Shown: positions 27,202 through 39,699, counted from the whole stretch's first letter. The stretch is DNA of 63,417 nucleotides, filler included, from Octopus bimaculoides (GCF_001194135.2; 6 parts of 6 records of this genome joined end to end with filler, not necessarily neighbours in it), one strand, 5' to 3'. Numbers and translations: made by a program. Notes: generated by a model from the letters alone, not told the origin.

Positions 27202-28224
27202 GTATGTTTCTTCACATTTTGAGTTCAAATCTCACCCTAAAGCATGGTTCATTTCATGCATGTTTTAATATTTTGGAGTGTTGAATTCAAATTTCTTGTT
27301 TGAGGATGGCAGGCACAGCAAGAAACAATATCAATATTATATTTCTTACAAAGAAACATCTCAGAATCTTGAGTTTATAGCACAACAAGCAAGCATCTTC
27401 TTGGATTTGATGACTGGCTTTATCATCAGTAGCATAAAGCTGTTACTTCCAATAGGATGTACTGGTATGGCTGATACTTCAAATGGAAGTGTGCTAATGG
27501 AAGATTAATTTCAGTGAGCAACTGATAGAATATTTTATAAGATATTTTACAGGTATGTTGATACCTTCTCACTGTTATAACGATGTAAATAACAACCACT
27601 CCTAAATCTAACATTAAATTGGTTATGATGCTAGATTACAGTTTTATAAGACTGAAGATTCATGTAGGTGTATATGTATAACTAGTGTGTATATGTATGT
27701 GTGTATATATATTCATGTGTGTGAATGGTTACTACCTTTCTTCTATAAGTGTATGTGAGTGTACCTGAACTTATATGTGTGTTGTGAAAATTGAAAAAAT
27801 AAAAAGTATTTCTCAAAGTTCTTTAGTAAAATGTCTTTTCAAGTGCTTAGCTTGTTTTAGCATATGGCATGGGTTTGATGGGTCTGCTGCTATAAAGCAC
27901 ACTTCCAGTCACACTTTCATGTGCTGTCTTGTGTTTTACAAACCAGAGTTTTTCAGTTATGCGAAGTTGTGTACATAAACATGCAGAGAGAAAGAGAGAG
28001 AGACACACACACACACACACACACACACAATTAAGTACAAACACACCTACACAAGTAGGTGTGTATGTACAAACACATATTCCCACTCACACTGACACAC
28101 ATTCATCCCAAACATGCAGACACACCTTGCATACATTTTAGTTTATTTATGATCCTAGTTAACTTTCATACACACACATACACATACTTTATATCCATTT
28201 TTCATTGCTTGCATGGGGGTTGGA

Positions 28225-28264
<40 letters not shown>

Positions 28265-29548
28265 TGAATTAAAAAAGTCCTTAAAGTATTAATAGTACTT
28301 TCTGGTATTTGTTTTGGTTCTATGTTTTCTGAGTTTAAATCCTGGCAAGGACAGTTTGTTTTTTCTCTTTTCAAGGTCAATAAATTAGGTACCAGTTAAA
28401 TGCTGGTCTCCTTAATTTCACTGTCTCTCTAATTTTACTCCTAAGGCACAGGCCAACCACAGGCTATAGTAGAAACTTGCCTTATATGAAGTGCAATATG
28501 ATCAAACCTGACACTATGTGGTTGTGAAGTAAATTTCTGAGTCACTTGGTCATGTATATGTGTTTAGGCACAGGAGTGGCTGTGTGGTTAAGAAGCTTGC
28601 TTCCCAACCATGTGGTCTTGGGTTCAGTCCCACTGTGCAGCACCTTGGGGAAAGTATTTTATACTCTGGCCTCAGACCAACTAAAGTATTGTGAGTGGAT
28701 TTGGTAGGCAGAAACTGAAAGAAGCCTGTTGTGTGTGTTTGTGTGTTTGTGTACACCCTTATCTAGCCATTTTGTGATAGTTGTAAATGAGCATTACTAT
28801 CATGCTAGCAACGTTGTTTGCTTCCAATCTTCCATGGTGAAATATTCCTTTGCTTGAAAACAAGTAAGGGTTGGTGACTGAAAGGACTTCTGGATGTAGA
28901 AAGATCTGCCTCAACAAAGTCTGTTTGACCCATGCAAGCATGGAATAGTGGACATTAAATGATGATGATACACATGCACACATGCACACATGTACACATG
29001 TACACATGCACACATGTACACATGCAAAAATGTTAGAAGTGGATGCAAATGATAGAAACACATGACAAATGATAATTAAACCCTTATCAATTATCTCATT
29101 GAGAAATATAGTATTTCAGTGCCTCAGCTAGAATTGTGTAGGAGTGTCAATGACTATTGAATATAGCTGTTGGACAATAGGAATGGGAGGAGATGAGACT
29201 AAAACATATAGTGGAATCTTTGCAAATATGACAGAAAAAACACAAATGCTGGGAAAGAAATTTAGTTATGACCAGTAAATGGGGCAGAGAAAGTAAAAGT
29301 GTAGGTCTGCTTATAATAATGTTAAATAATATGTAACTTTTTTTGTGACAAAAATAAAACATTAAGTGATCAGAAAGAAACAACAAAAAAAATGTTCCAG
29401 TTGAGAGAGAAAGAAAGTAAGCAATAATTGCGGGACAAAGTTTTTGAGTAAGTAAGGGAGGAGAGAATATGTTTGCCCACTTGATGATCTGAGAGATAAA
29501 AGAGAGAGATCAGTAGATAGAATGAAAGAAAAAAAGTGGCTAGCTGGG

Positions 29549-29631
<83 letters not shown>

Positions 29632-30100
29632 ACAGTAAGAAACTGTGTGAGAAAATGGTTGTTTTTAGTTTGGTTGTAAATGGAACTTCTTAATTACATA
29701 AGTCATGGATGTGTGTGTGTGTTTGTGTTTTACTCATTGTCTTGACAGGTTTGCATGCTGTATAAACACTGTCACATGTAGACTGTGTCATTGTTTAGTT
29801 TACTGCAAAAACAAGTCTGGTTGTCTGAGCACTCTTTAAATAATGACCAGTGTCTTTGCTTACATATGCTGTGAAAACAGGTCTAGTCGTTGAGAGCAAG
29901 TGAAATACTTCTTTACTTGCAAAAAAAGTGAAGGTTGGAGACAGGAAGAGCATAGCACTATAGAAAATCTTGCTTCAGAAAGTTTTGTCTAACATTTGCT
30001 AGTATAGAAAAACTGGATGCCATTTAAATGTTATACATACTCTATCAGAAGTACACTGTCTCATGTAAAAATATATGCTGTTTTTTTTTTTCTATTTCAG

Positions 30101-30144
30101 TATGTAAACCTCAAGTAGCTCAGGGCGAAATCTTGTCACACGAG
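30101..30144 (+). CDS. ITPK1: ITPK1 (inositol 1,3,4-trisphosphate 5/6-kinase) internal exon, (V)CKPQVAQGEILSHE
   Basis: Poly-T tract plus TTTCAG acceptor, GAG|GTAAGT donor, 44 nt, phase 1 to 0. Aligns with human ICKTRVAHGTNSHE and joins in frame to the 32747 exon. Confidence 0.9.
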
Positions 30145-30495
30145 GTAAGTAAATAAATTAGAAACTTAGAACCAAAGTATTAAGATTCTTCTTCACTACT
30201 CTCCCTGTTGCTATTAAATCTACCAAATAGTTTATTTACTTTTTGATATTTTATGGTTGACACGTGTAATACATTCTCATCTATTATGTTAAATTTCACA
30301 TTCTATGTGTACTAATAATATCTGCTATGGGATGACTATTGTATCACACAATTAAGCCACATTTGGTATTATCCCTTGGTTTTGGTGTCAAAGTCAATAA
30401 TACCTGAGTGAAAGGCATGCTAACCACAGCTTCATGTTTCTTGTGAGACTCTAAATATGAGTGATTCATTTTTATTTTTTGCATAAGAAACTATG

Positions 30496-30545
<50 letters not shown>

Positions 30546-31373
30546 GGTACATGTATATATATGTATATAGATATATCATCATCATCGTCGTTTAACGTCC
30601 GCTTTCCATGCTAGCATGGGTTGGACGATTTGACTGAGGACTGGTGAAACCAGATGGCTACACCAGGCTCCAATCTGATTTGGCAGAGTTTCTACAGCTG
30701 GATGCCCTTCCTAACGCCAACCACTCCGAGAGTGTAGTAGGTGCTTTTACGTACCACCATCACGAAGGCCAGTCAGGCAGTACTGGCAACGGCCATGCTC
30801 AAAATGGTGTATTTTACTTGCCACCTGCACAGGAACCAGTTTGGCGGCACTGGCAATGATCTCATATATGTATATATTTATATGTATGTATAAGTTTATC
30901 CCAGAAGTTCTATTTCTATTAGATGCTGTAAATAATCAATAAAACCTTAAGCAGATCTATGATGACATGAACGAATTGAAATATTCAACTGAATCATCAT
31001 AAGATTAACTTTCATTTCAATGCAATATTGAAACCAGCTTCAATCTTTTATAACCTGAACCGTCAGTGACTCAACAGGTCACTGGTAGTCTAGTATATCG
31101 GTATATATATGTGTGTGGATCATTAATTGAAAATGTCTTTTTTACACTCAGTTGCCTTACTGATGATATAAATAGTGTGAACAGATTATGCTTTCAATTT
31201 CATTCCATAGTTAAATGTTATGTATGTAGATCACAGTTGATAGGTCCACAGTTGTCCGGTTTCTCTTATGGATCTGGTCCCTTCAAAAAGGGTTATAGGG
31301 AAAGTGGGTTATATGTGCAAAGTCTTTTGGGAAATGGGAAAGTAATGAAAATATTATCGTTTTGTTTTCAGGA

Positions 31374-31405
<32 letters not shown>

Positions 31406-31659
31406 AGTAGTACAGGTATACTTACTACACAGTGACACACACAGAGACACTCAGTAAAATGGTTGGTGTTAGGAAGGGCATCCAACTATGAGACACTGGA
31501 GCAACGAATACTTCTTTGACCCACTTGATTCTGTGAAAACCTTTTAACTACGTAATCATGTGTGCGTGCATGTGTATACACACACACACACACACATGCT
31601 TACAACAATACATACATATATGTAAGAACGACCGTGCGAACCCAAAAGGAGAAATGGTG

Positions 31660-32445
31660 ACGAATGGAAAAAGAGGGCTCCTTTTATTAAACACGTCACA
31701 CGGTCGAACACAAAAATATATATCAAATGATATAAATATGTTATACTTCGATAACATAGTGAATTCGTAAATGGCCAGTAAGGAAGACGATAGAACACAA
31801 CCGATAAAGATGAATAACGGTAATATTTATTGTAGCATTAAAATGTATGTCTGTGTGTGAGTGTGAATGCGACATATTAAAACATAATAAAAGACAGGCC
31901 GTCGTGTAAAGAAAAGAGTGTGTGTAAGTGATACATGTATGTGTATGCGTGAGATACAGCAGATAGAGAAAGAGTCAGTAACACATATAAGAATTTGCCA
32001 GGTCTTAGAGTACACAATAGTAACAGTCTGTATATAAGAAGTTGAGGCGTGTGGGGAAGAGCGATCACTCGTCATGATGTTAAGGCTTCCATGCCAAGCC
32101 GGGTTTTTGAGTACAGATGTTCATCGCAGGCTGGGCTCTTGTCTATTATTTATCGTGGTGAAGATGAATCACACAAACAGAATCGAAGAGAGATGCGCCG
32201 CGGTTGTTTGGTTAGCTGGTGTACGTAGAAGTCATGTTGACGATGTTGGCGATGCTGGTGGCGAATCTTGTAGTTCGTAGTTGAAGTGGTGCTGATGCTG
32301 GTGACGACGATGGTGGTAGTCATAGTGTCGTGTTGACTGGCGGCGGCGATGCTGGTAGTCGCAGTTGGAGATGCTGTTGATGTCGTCGCTGGAACTGCTG
32401 CTGCTGTGTGGTACACGGAACAGGTCTCTAAGAGATCTGAACTGA
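31660..32445 (-). ncRNA. Putative intronless antisense transcript (lncRNA or small-ORF mRNA) nested in ITPK1 intron
   Basis: TATA and Inr upstream, CpG-rich body, no strong minus-strand donor seen, AATAAA on - at 31826-31831 and 31683-31688, the latter followed by a U-rich tract. No expression data. Confidence 0.4.
32150..32323 (-). CDS. First-AUG small ORF of the putative antisense transcript, 57 aa (MTTTIVVTSISTTSTTNYKIRHQHRQHRQHDFYVHQLTKQPRRISLRFCLCDSSSPR)
   Basis: First ATG after the predicted start site (ACACT ATG A). Low-complexity N-terminus; no homologue recognised. Confidence 0.2.
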   Translation of the reverse strand: MTTTIVVTSISTTSTTNYKIRHQHRQHRQHDFYVHQLTKQPRRISLRFCLCDSSSPR

Positions 32446-32670
32446 GACGAATTAGCTGGGTATCTAGCAGGCTATTTATAGCTGAAAGTAGGCTACAGAG
32501 AGCATCTGAAAAGCACTTCATCACGTGACCTTATTAGGGGCCACGGTTGGTCAGTTTGTGTTCTGGCGGGAACGGTATGCAGCAGTTGCCACTTCAAATA
32601 ATAGTTAGTCACGTGATGGATACAGTAGGCTGCTCTCCGCTACGCCCGCGCTTGTTTATATATAATGGCG
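32440..32670. promoter_or_regulatory. Candidate compact (possibly bidirectional) promoter in a CpG-rich island inside an ITPK1 intron
   Basis: TCAGTT Inr-like on - (32440-32445). CTATTTATAG, both a MEF2 consensus and TATAAATA on - (32472-32481). TCACGTGA (32521-32528), CArG CCTTATTAGG (32529-32538), GTCACGTGAT (32608-32617), TATATATAA on + (32657-32665). Confidence 0.6.
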
Positions 32671-32746
32671 ATAGTAGTTTTACTACATATATATTTGATA
32701 TATTTATCTCACATTATATTTTAAGATTCTGTCGTATATTTTGTAG

Positions 32747-32906
32747 ATGGCAATCATTTTTAATGAAGAAGGTTTGAAAGACGTGCGACCACCATGTGTA
32801 GCTCAAAGTTTCATCACTCATAATGCTGTACTGTACAAAGTGTTTGTTGTTGGTGATGAACAATTTATCTGTGAGCGGCCATCTCTCAAAAACTTGACTG
32901 CTGGTG
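32747..32906 (+). CDS. ITPK1: ITPK1 exon, MAIIFNEEGLKDVRPPCVAQSFITHNAVLYKVFVVGDEQFICERPSLKNLTAG
   Basis: TTGTAG acceptor, G|GTAAGT donor, 160 nt, phase 0 to 1. Strongly matches human MAIVFNQEGL...PPCVVQNFINHNAVLYKVFVVG...RPSLKNFSAG (ATP-grasp core). Confidence 0.97.
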
Positions 32907-33942
32907 GTAAGTTCATTTTATTTTATTTGTTGTATACAGTAGTTATCATTTTAAAGATACAGTGTATGCTAACCATTTGGTATTTGGTATTCAAATCTTT
33001 CTTTTGTATCCACTACTTTGATCATGTGATTGCTGAGATAGGTTCAAATTTTCTTACCTGGTTAATTATTGGTGGAGTGTGTGGTTGGTCAACTTGATAG
33101 GATGTCAACCAACCATATGGTTGGTTGGTTCATAGTCAGTCATGAGCACTATGTTGTATCTGTGTTCAAGACAGTTCTCAGAGCAGTGGATAGGACTTAA
33201 TGACTGAAGGAGGTGGATGGAAAAACAAAAACAATATCCTTATCAATTGAAATCTGGTTTTGTCCTCCTGTTAATCCAAGGTTGATAAATATGAACAGCA
33301 GAGCAAAATAATATAAAATATTGACAATGCCTGGTATATTTATTTTGTAGGTTGTTTTGATAAAACCACCAAAGTTTTTAGACTGTTTGGTCAAAGCTAC
33401 TTAATAAACAGCAGTGTTATTACACAACTTCACAATGTGACATCTGACATTTGGATTACATGAAAATTTATACTTTTGTCATATTTATTTGCAACATAAA
33501 TGTAGTGAAATGCTTCAAAGTAGGATTTGAAACCAAACCACAGACTTGCTTCAATGTAACTTTAGTTTGGACTATGTACCAGAAACAATAATATAAATTA
33601 CATTTATAACTACTATTTTAATCTTGCTTTTGTCTTTTTTATGATGTCTACCTCCCCCATTGAAAACTGATATAATAGTTTATAAACTGTTACTTCTACA
33701 TCACCTTTGTACCCCAAGCTTTCAGCTAATCAACTACAATATCTCTCCACCTTCTTTGTATTCCAGTGTATTCCATGAATTGACAACTGGTTTATACCAG
33801 TTGGGCTGCACCTTTGCTAAAACTGTCCAAACCTATTTAAATATGATATTTGAATTTAGCAGTTTTCAATCTTATTTTTCGTTCATTGTTAAGATAGACA
33901 TGTTTGGCCATGACTAGAAGGAAAATAATAAATGTAAACATA

Positions 33943-34730
33943 TACAAGGTCTGATCAGTAATGTTCTAGCACACTTCTGCTGCTTACAGCAGTGCTTGGA
34001 AAGAAGGTGTGTAGTGTGTGATCGTCACATTGACCATGACAGAGAAAGTTGTCCTGGTGATACCTGCTCAGAGGCCTACACAAAGTTGCAGAAAGTGTAT
34101 GGAGAGGACTGTATGAGCCACACACAAGTGTATGAGTAGTCCAAGATGGCTGAAAAAATGTCAATATCGATGAACATTCTGGGAGACTCACAACCAGCAG
34201 AACTGAGTAAAACATCACAGATGTGCATGCAACTGTGAGGGGAAATTGTCAAATCACCATCCATGAGTTATCAGAGGAGGTACAGATTAGTTATGGTTCA
34301 GTTCAGTCCATTATCACTGAAGATTTGGGTATGAGACGCGTGTCAGCCAAGTTTGTGCAAAAACTGCTTTCAGCTGACCAAAAAGACACTCGGGTTTCAG
34401 TTGCACAAGATTTCCTTGATGGTGTCGAGAACGATGAAAACTTTTTGAAAACTTTGCGTAGGCCTTTGAGCAGGTATCACCAAGCTTTTGGCAAAATTTG
34501 ATGCAGATTCTCTGCTCAACTTTCTTTGTCATGGTCAATGAGACGATCACATGCGACACATCTTCTTTCCAAGCACTGCTGTAAACAGTGGAAGTGAGCT
34601 AGAACATTAAAACTTATTGCGTATGCATAGCAGAGTTCAAGGTCAATCTGTGCCAAGCAGCTTCGATCTGTGTGCTTCAGCTTTGTTACTATGGCAACAG
34701 TCCGGATACTTATATCAATAAGACCACGTA
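33943..34730. mobile_element. Mariner fold-back: forward 5' half (33943-34457) fused to an inverted 5' end of the same family (34451-34730)
   Basis: Forward HTH peptide ITIHELSEEVQISYGSVQSIITEDLGMRRVSAKFV. Reverse peptide MTKKVEQRICIKFCQKLGDTCSKAYAK. Arms align by eye. Confidence 0.85.
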
Positions 34731-34952
34731 TTTTGTAATTGCTGTCTATTAGTGTCACTCATTTCAAGTCAGTTTATTTAAGAAGATATTCAATTCTTCT
34801 TTGCTACAGATATCATTTATAAAAAACAACACAAAAACACACCTGTAATTGAGATTTGTTGTGTATACTTTTTTAATATTCCCTTCCCCTTCTTCTTGCT
34901 TCAAGAGTAGCTTTCCAAATAAAAAAAAAAAAATTTTGTTTCTTTGTAATAG

Positions 34953-35020
34953 ATGACAAGACCATATTTTTCAATACTAATGATGTGTCAACACCTGATG
35001 CCACCCACTTCTTGAATGAG
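34953..35020 (+). CDS. ITPK1: ITPK1 exon, DDKTIFFNTNDVSTPDATHFLNE
   Basis: TAATAG acceptor, GAG|GTAAGT donor, 68 nt, phase 1 to 0, in frame with the previous exon. Aligns with human DRESIFFNSHNVSKPESSSVLTE. Confidence 0.92.
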
Positions 35021-35045
35021 GTAAGTCTTGGCTAGGAATTCTTTG

Positions 35046-35092
<47 letters not shown>

Positions 35093-37239
35093 ACAAGGTA
35101 GTTAATGGTACTGGGTGTGTGTGAAAAATTTAATTTATACTAATAGATTCAGTAAGTATATCATAGGAAAGAATCTGTTGTTTGAAATCATCATCGTCAT
35201 CATCGTTTAACGTCCGCTTTCCATGCTAGCATGGGTTGGACGATTTGACTGAGGACTGGTGAAACCAGATGGCTACACCAGGCTCCAATCTGATTTGGCA
35301 GAGTTTCTACAGCTGGATGCCCTTCCTAACGCCAACCACTCAGAGAGTGTAGTGGGTGCTTTTATGTGTCACCCGCACGAAGGCCAGTCAGGCGGTACTG
35401 GCAACGGCCACGCTCAAAATGGTGCATTTTATGTGCCACCCACACAAGAGCCAGTCCAGGGGTACTGGCAACATTTTATATTTTACTTGTTTCAGTAATT
35501 AGACTGAAGCCATGCTGGGGCATCGCCTTGAAGAATTTGTAGTTGAATGAATCAACCTCCAGTACTTATTTTTTTTAAAGCTTGGTATTTATTCTATAGG
35601 TTTCTTTCGCCAAACTGCTCAGTTACAAGGGACACAAATACACCAACACTGGTTAAGTGGTGGTGGGGGACAAACACACACGTGTGTGTGTGTGTGTGTG
35701 CATCCCATCCCCACGCACAAAGGGCCTTCTTTTAGTTTCTGTTTACGAAATCCACTCACAAGGCTATAGTAGAAAACATTTGCTCAAGATGCCACACAGT
35801 AGGGCTGAACCTGGAACCATGTGGTTGGTAAGCAAGCGTCTTACAATACAGTCACCTCTGTGCCCATGATAATTATTGCTCTTAAAACAAAATTGTTAAT
35901 TAAATGAATTTTTACTTTTCTAACAAATTTACAAAAAGAAACGAATAGATGAACTTTGGGAACTATATTGAAGTCCTTAGGAATATAACAGCAGGATTAT
36001 AAGCATTAACTTCATGGAAAATTAAAGAGTACTTGGTCCCTGATGAGATCCCAACATAGGACTGAAACTAGTGTGGCTGGTCATTTTTTTTATTTTGTCC
36101 ATGAGAATACTGTATATAAAGAGAGTGTTTCTGTTTGTCTATTCTGTATAGGTGCAAGTATGGCTGTATGGTTAAGAAGCTCACTTTGTAGCCATGTGGT
36201 TTTGGGTTCAGTCCCACTGTATGGTTCCTTGGGCAAGTGTCTTCTACTTGTATCAGGCCAATTACCCCTTATAGGACAATTCCCCCTGACAACTACTCCC
36301 AGGACAATCCCTTGGTAAATTACCCCCTATCCAATATATTAAGAAGTTTTAAATCATCGTCTGTTGTCCTTGGGGGGTTATTGTCCAGGTTAATGTTCTA
36401 GACTCCTTCTACTATAGCCCTGGGCCTTGTTAAAGTTTTTGGAAGATGGAAACTGTTGTGTGTGTGTATGTAAACATGCATACATACATATGCATGCATG
36501 GTTTTGTTAGTCATACTCTGTGCTTGACAATCAGTATTGGTTTGTTTATGATTAATAGATCAATAGAACAAATACCAGACTTCAAAACAAAATGTTTGTT
36601 CGACTAAACACTTCAAGGTGGTGCCTCAGCATGGCTGCAGTCTAATGACTGAAACAAATACAAGTGCTAACTAAAACCTACAGATATATTCTGCCGTATA
36701 GTATAGCACTGAAATAAAACATTGTTAATGCCTCAGCAAATTATTAACTGATTTAGCTCCTTAGCTAATGTAGTATATATGCAAATTAGTCTGTCTGATT
36801 TAGTAATAGCAGGTCTATAAGTGATATTCTGCAGGCGGTTAATGAGGGTACTCAGGAACTGATGAAATCACAATAAAAGACAGAAACTAGTCCAGATGAT
36901 TTCTCTTTTTGTGTTGAAGATTTTGTCTATGTGAAGACAATGATGTACAGTATTAGCTAAATACCTATTCGTCCATTCATTTATCCAATCCTTTGTTCAT
37001 AAGTTGTTTTTTTTAAGCAAAGAATATTAAGATAAATGTTTTCTTCAAACTTTCATTTCATATTTCAAAAAAATATTCAAACAGTGAATATTTGAAAAGA
37101 AAAGCAGGCTTGGATTACCAGCTTATGATCGGACATGTGTAACTTAAAGTACTGGAAATAGGGGCCTTTCAGTTAGAATGTATTAGAGAATACACTTGTA
37201 TAGAGTTCTGTAATTTATCACTTCTAGTGAATCAACAAA

Positions 37240-37282
<43 letters not shown>

Positions 37283-37759
37283 CCCTGTCAGTGGCGTGTA
37301 AAATGCACTGTCTGAGCGTTGGGCCTCATAGAGGCAGTGAAGGTGACTGAGACTTTTGGCGATATACTGTCCTTGTGTAGACCTGTCAAGCCAAGTGAGA
37401 TTGTAGTCATGGCCAATGCTGGTGGCACATTAAAAGCATCCACTATACTCTTGGAGTGGTTGGCATTAGGAAGGGCATCCAGCCATAGAAACCTTGTCAA
37501 ATTGGACTGGAACTTGGTGTAGCTTCCTGGCTTACCAGTTTTCAGTCAAACCATCCAACCCATGCCAGCATAGAAAGCAGATGTTAAACAACAACAATGA
37601 TGATGATAATGATTATCATGATCATCCAGTGTTTTAAATCTGGGTTTTGTCTCTGTTAACAGGGGTGGCTAGATCTATCTCAATGCCATAGCAACTGAGG
37701 TAGGCAGGTGCAGCCCACCCCAACCTTTGGGCTGGCTGGCTGGTGCCCATTCTCCTTTG

Positions 37760-37805
<46 letters not shown>

Positions 37806-39699
37806 TCATCATCATCATTTAACATCAGTTTTCCATGTTGGCATGAGTTGGATGGTTGGACAGAAGTTGGGAAGCCAGAAGACTGCACCAGGTTTCACTG
37901 TCTGCTTTGGCATGGTTTTTATGGTTGGGTGCCCTTCCTAATGCTAACTGCCTTAGTGGACTGAGTGCTTTTTATGTGGCACCAGCACTAGTGAAATCTG
38001 TTTTAGCACATTATATATATAATATATTCAAATTTCACTAATTTTGATCGCCTTGATAATGTTATGTTAACATATATTTTTCAGAAATATTAATATAAAT
38101 TTTAATATTTTCTAATATGTGTGTGTGTGTGTGTGTATGTGTGTATAAATGCAATAGAAACAGTTGTTGGCTTTATAAAGTGAGAACTATAATAAAAATA
38201 TAATTTTCTCTATACATATTTTTTGTTGTCAAATATTCTAAATTTCTTAGAATTCTGCCCAAAGATATTTGAATTTACCTGTCATTCATGAGGATTTACC
38301 TGGGATCTGTATTCTACTTACATTTACTGGTGTCTAATTGTTGAACATTTGTAACCAAATTCTTTTCATACTGAGAGCTTTATTGACATCTGCCAGAATG
38401 TTTTAATCCCTTTTACTCCTATGTATATATATATGTGTATATATAGTTATACATCTTAAAGGTAATTGTTACTAAATTAATGTCAAACAAAAAAATTACT
38501 GTGACTTTATTTTGTCTTTGTTGTGCTGGCACTTCTTTGGCACACTATTGGAAATGTATTATACCAATAATTGGTCAAATAGAACGTATAACTAACATTA
38601 TTGTTCATAAAAATCTTGATATGAGCTATGAATAAATAAAAAAAAGCAACCAGTGTTTACAAGCCACTTATCTTGTTTGTCACATTTCACCACTCTTACT
38701 GCCATTGATATTGCACCTTCAACTCACTCACCTTCCCCTCATTGGTTACCAGAAGTTGTCGAACAACTCAGAATATTTCAGTCTTTTCACTCTCTTTATC
38801 TTTCTCTTCCTCTCGTCATCTCTTTTCATTTTGTTCTCGTTCTATTTCTCTATTTGTTTTCCTCTCTATCTTGCTATTGCATTGTGTCTTAGTCTTTCTA
38901 GTTTTCTTTCCTTCTCTCTCTCTTTCTACCTCCCTTCTTTCTCTCTCTCTCTCTCTCTCTAATTGCTTTAAAGACTAAAATGCATACACAGAAACCTGCA
39001 ATATACAGGCTTAGATGTATCACATTCACATGACAGTGATTTCTCCTTCAGTGCAAACATATATTCATATGCAAAGACCTATGTATGCATTCCTATTCAT
39101 AAAACACAGACATGTAAAGGAGACCTTGCTTCTGGTAGACATACACAAACATCCATGAATATCCAAATATGCACAGACAATCTTGTAGATAGACATACAC
39201 ACAAAATTGACTTGCATACACATAAGCATAAATGTAGAAACATACACACAAAATTTGTCTCTTCTCTCAGACTACATGTATTCATGTCCTGCTCCATATA
39301 TGTACTGACACACGTGTGCATGCTGGCACACATACACACATCTGCCTACTGGCTCATAGGCATTGACACACATGTACTTATGCTTACACATTGATACAGA
39401 CAACACATATGTATTAACATTTGTACCCACCCACATGCACGTACTACATAAAAGCCATGACATTTTACTGTTATTGTGTCAAAGTTTCATTTAATCTGTT
39501 TGCGTGACTTTTCTTCCAAATATAGTCCTTCTAAATGTGTATTCATTTGCTGCTTTTATTCAAATGATGCTACTAATAGTTATCAGTTGAAGAATTTATC
39601 AGGTTTACAATACTATAAAAGATGTTTTAAAATGACATCCTTTCTCCCACATAAAGGATGTTGTTGTTGTGCAGCCCCTGACTGAGAAAATTTATAATC

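Noticed and set aside
33197-33394. 65-aa minus-strand hydrophobic ORF in the ITPK1 intron
   Set aside because: No recognisable homology, promoter or splice context.
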